A DNA stretch of 64,000 bases, taken from positions 8,680,001-8,744,000 of the forward strand of contig NC_079171.1 of the NCBI RefSeq assembly GCF_947568905.1, given 5' to 3'. Made by a program: the position numbers and the translations under genes. The DNA is from Ostrea edulis (Eukaryota). Every line of letters begins with the position of its first letter. Position 1 is the stretch's first letter. Of the stretch, positions 63,641 through 64,000 are shown piece by piece. The notes under the pieces are model-generated. The model ran no database searches. It had not been told where the DNA came from and saw only the letters and a list, made by a program, of their open reading frames with translations.

Positions 63641-64000
63641 AGAAATAATTTGTTTTATCTACGATCAATTTAATCCTGTCACATTAGTATCAGAAGTCAT
63701 ATGTCTACAGTGTTTTCAATGTTACAAAAATGAGAACATTGTGAAACGCCCACCAAAGCTCCAAAAATCTAAGGATGGAATTTTCCGAAAATTATTAAAC
63801 TCTGTCCATGCAAATATCAAACAAAGAACTTCCTCCCTCTTTAATAACATTATGGATTCACCATTCACAAGCATGTCTCTGAAGATGTACTAATTATCTG
63901 GCACACAAACATACAAAAATAAAAAACCCTCAATTTCTGAGATGAAACACAACTACGAAACAAGTGTAGTCTAGAACAATCTAAATAATGAATCAGTGTT

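Overview
AT-rich, repeat-dense animal genomic DNA. The gene and repeat content suggests a bivalve mollusc, probably an oyster; this is inferred and not verified. The core is a tandem cluster of five paralogous TRIM E3-ligase genes, each with an intronless CDS (RING, B-box1, B-box2, coiled coil, NHL-like beta-propeller). Two are intact (9039-10913 and 33934-35808, 624 aa each) and three are broken by single homopolymer-type indels or a stop. There are also two small relics of TRIM 3' ends. All five genes share a near-identical 5' cassette despite strongly diverged bodies: a conserved upstream block, a degenerate duplicate of the RING start (a 32-44 codon uORF in three copies), a canonical IRF/ISRE element 18-20 nt before the ATG, and a RING stretch identical over 51 nt. 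Two intact, spliceable 3' exons of an SRP19 gene, absent from the ORF track, lie between TRIM copies 2 and 3; I could not find its 5' exons in the window. The spacers hold a minimal type I hammerhead ribozyme, a tandem miniature LTR retroelement whose LTRs carry a tRNA-like Pol III module, a 5'-truncated LINE fused to a Penelope-like element inside one candidate TSD, about ten Penelope-like 3' ends, SINEs, MITEs, Helentron-like elements and several minisatellites. All alignments were done by eye.
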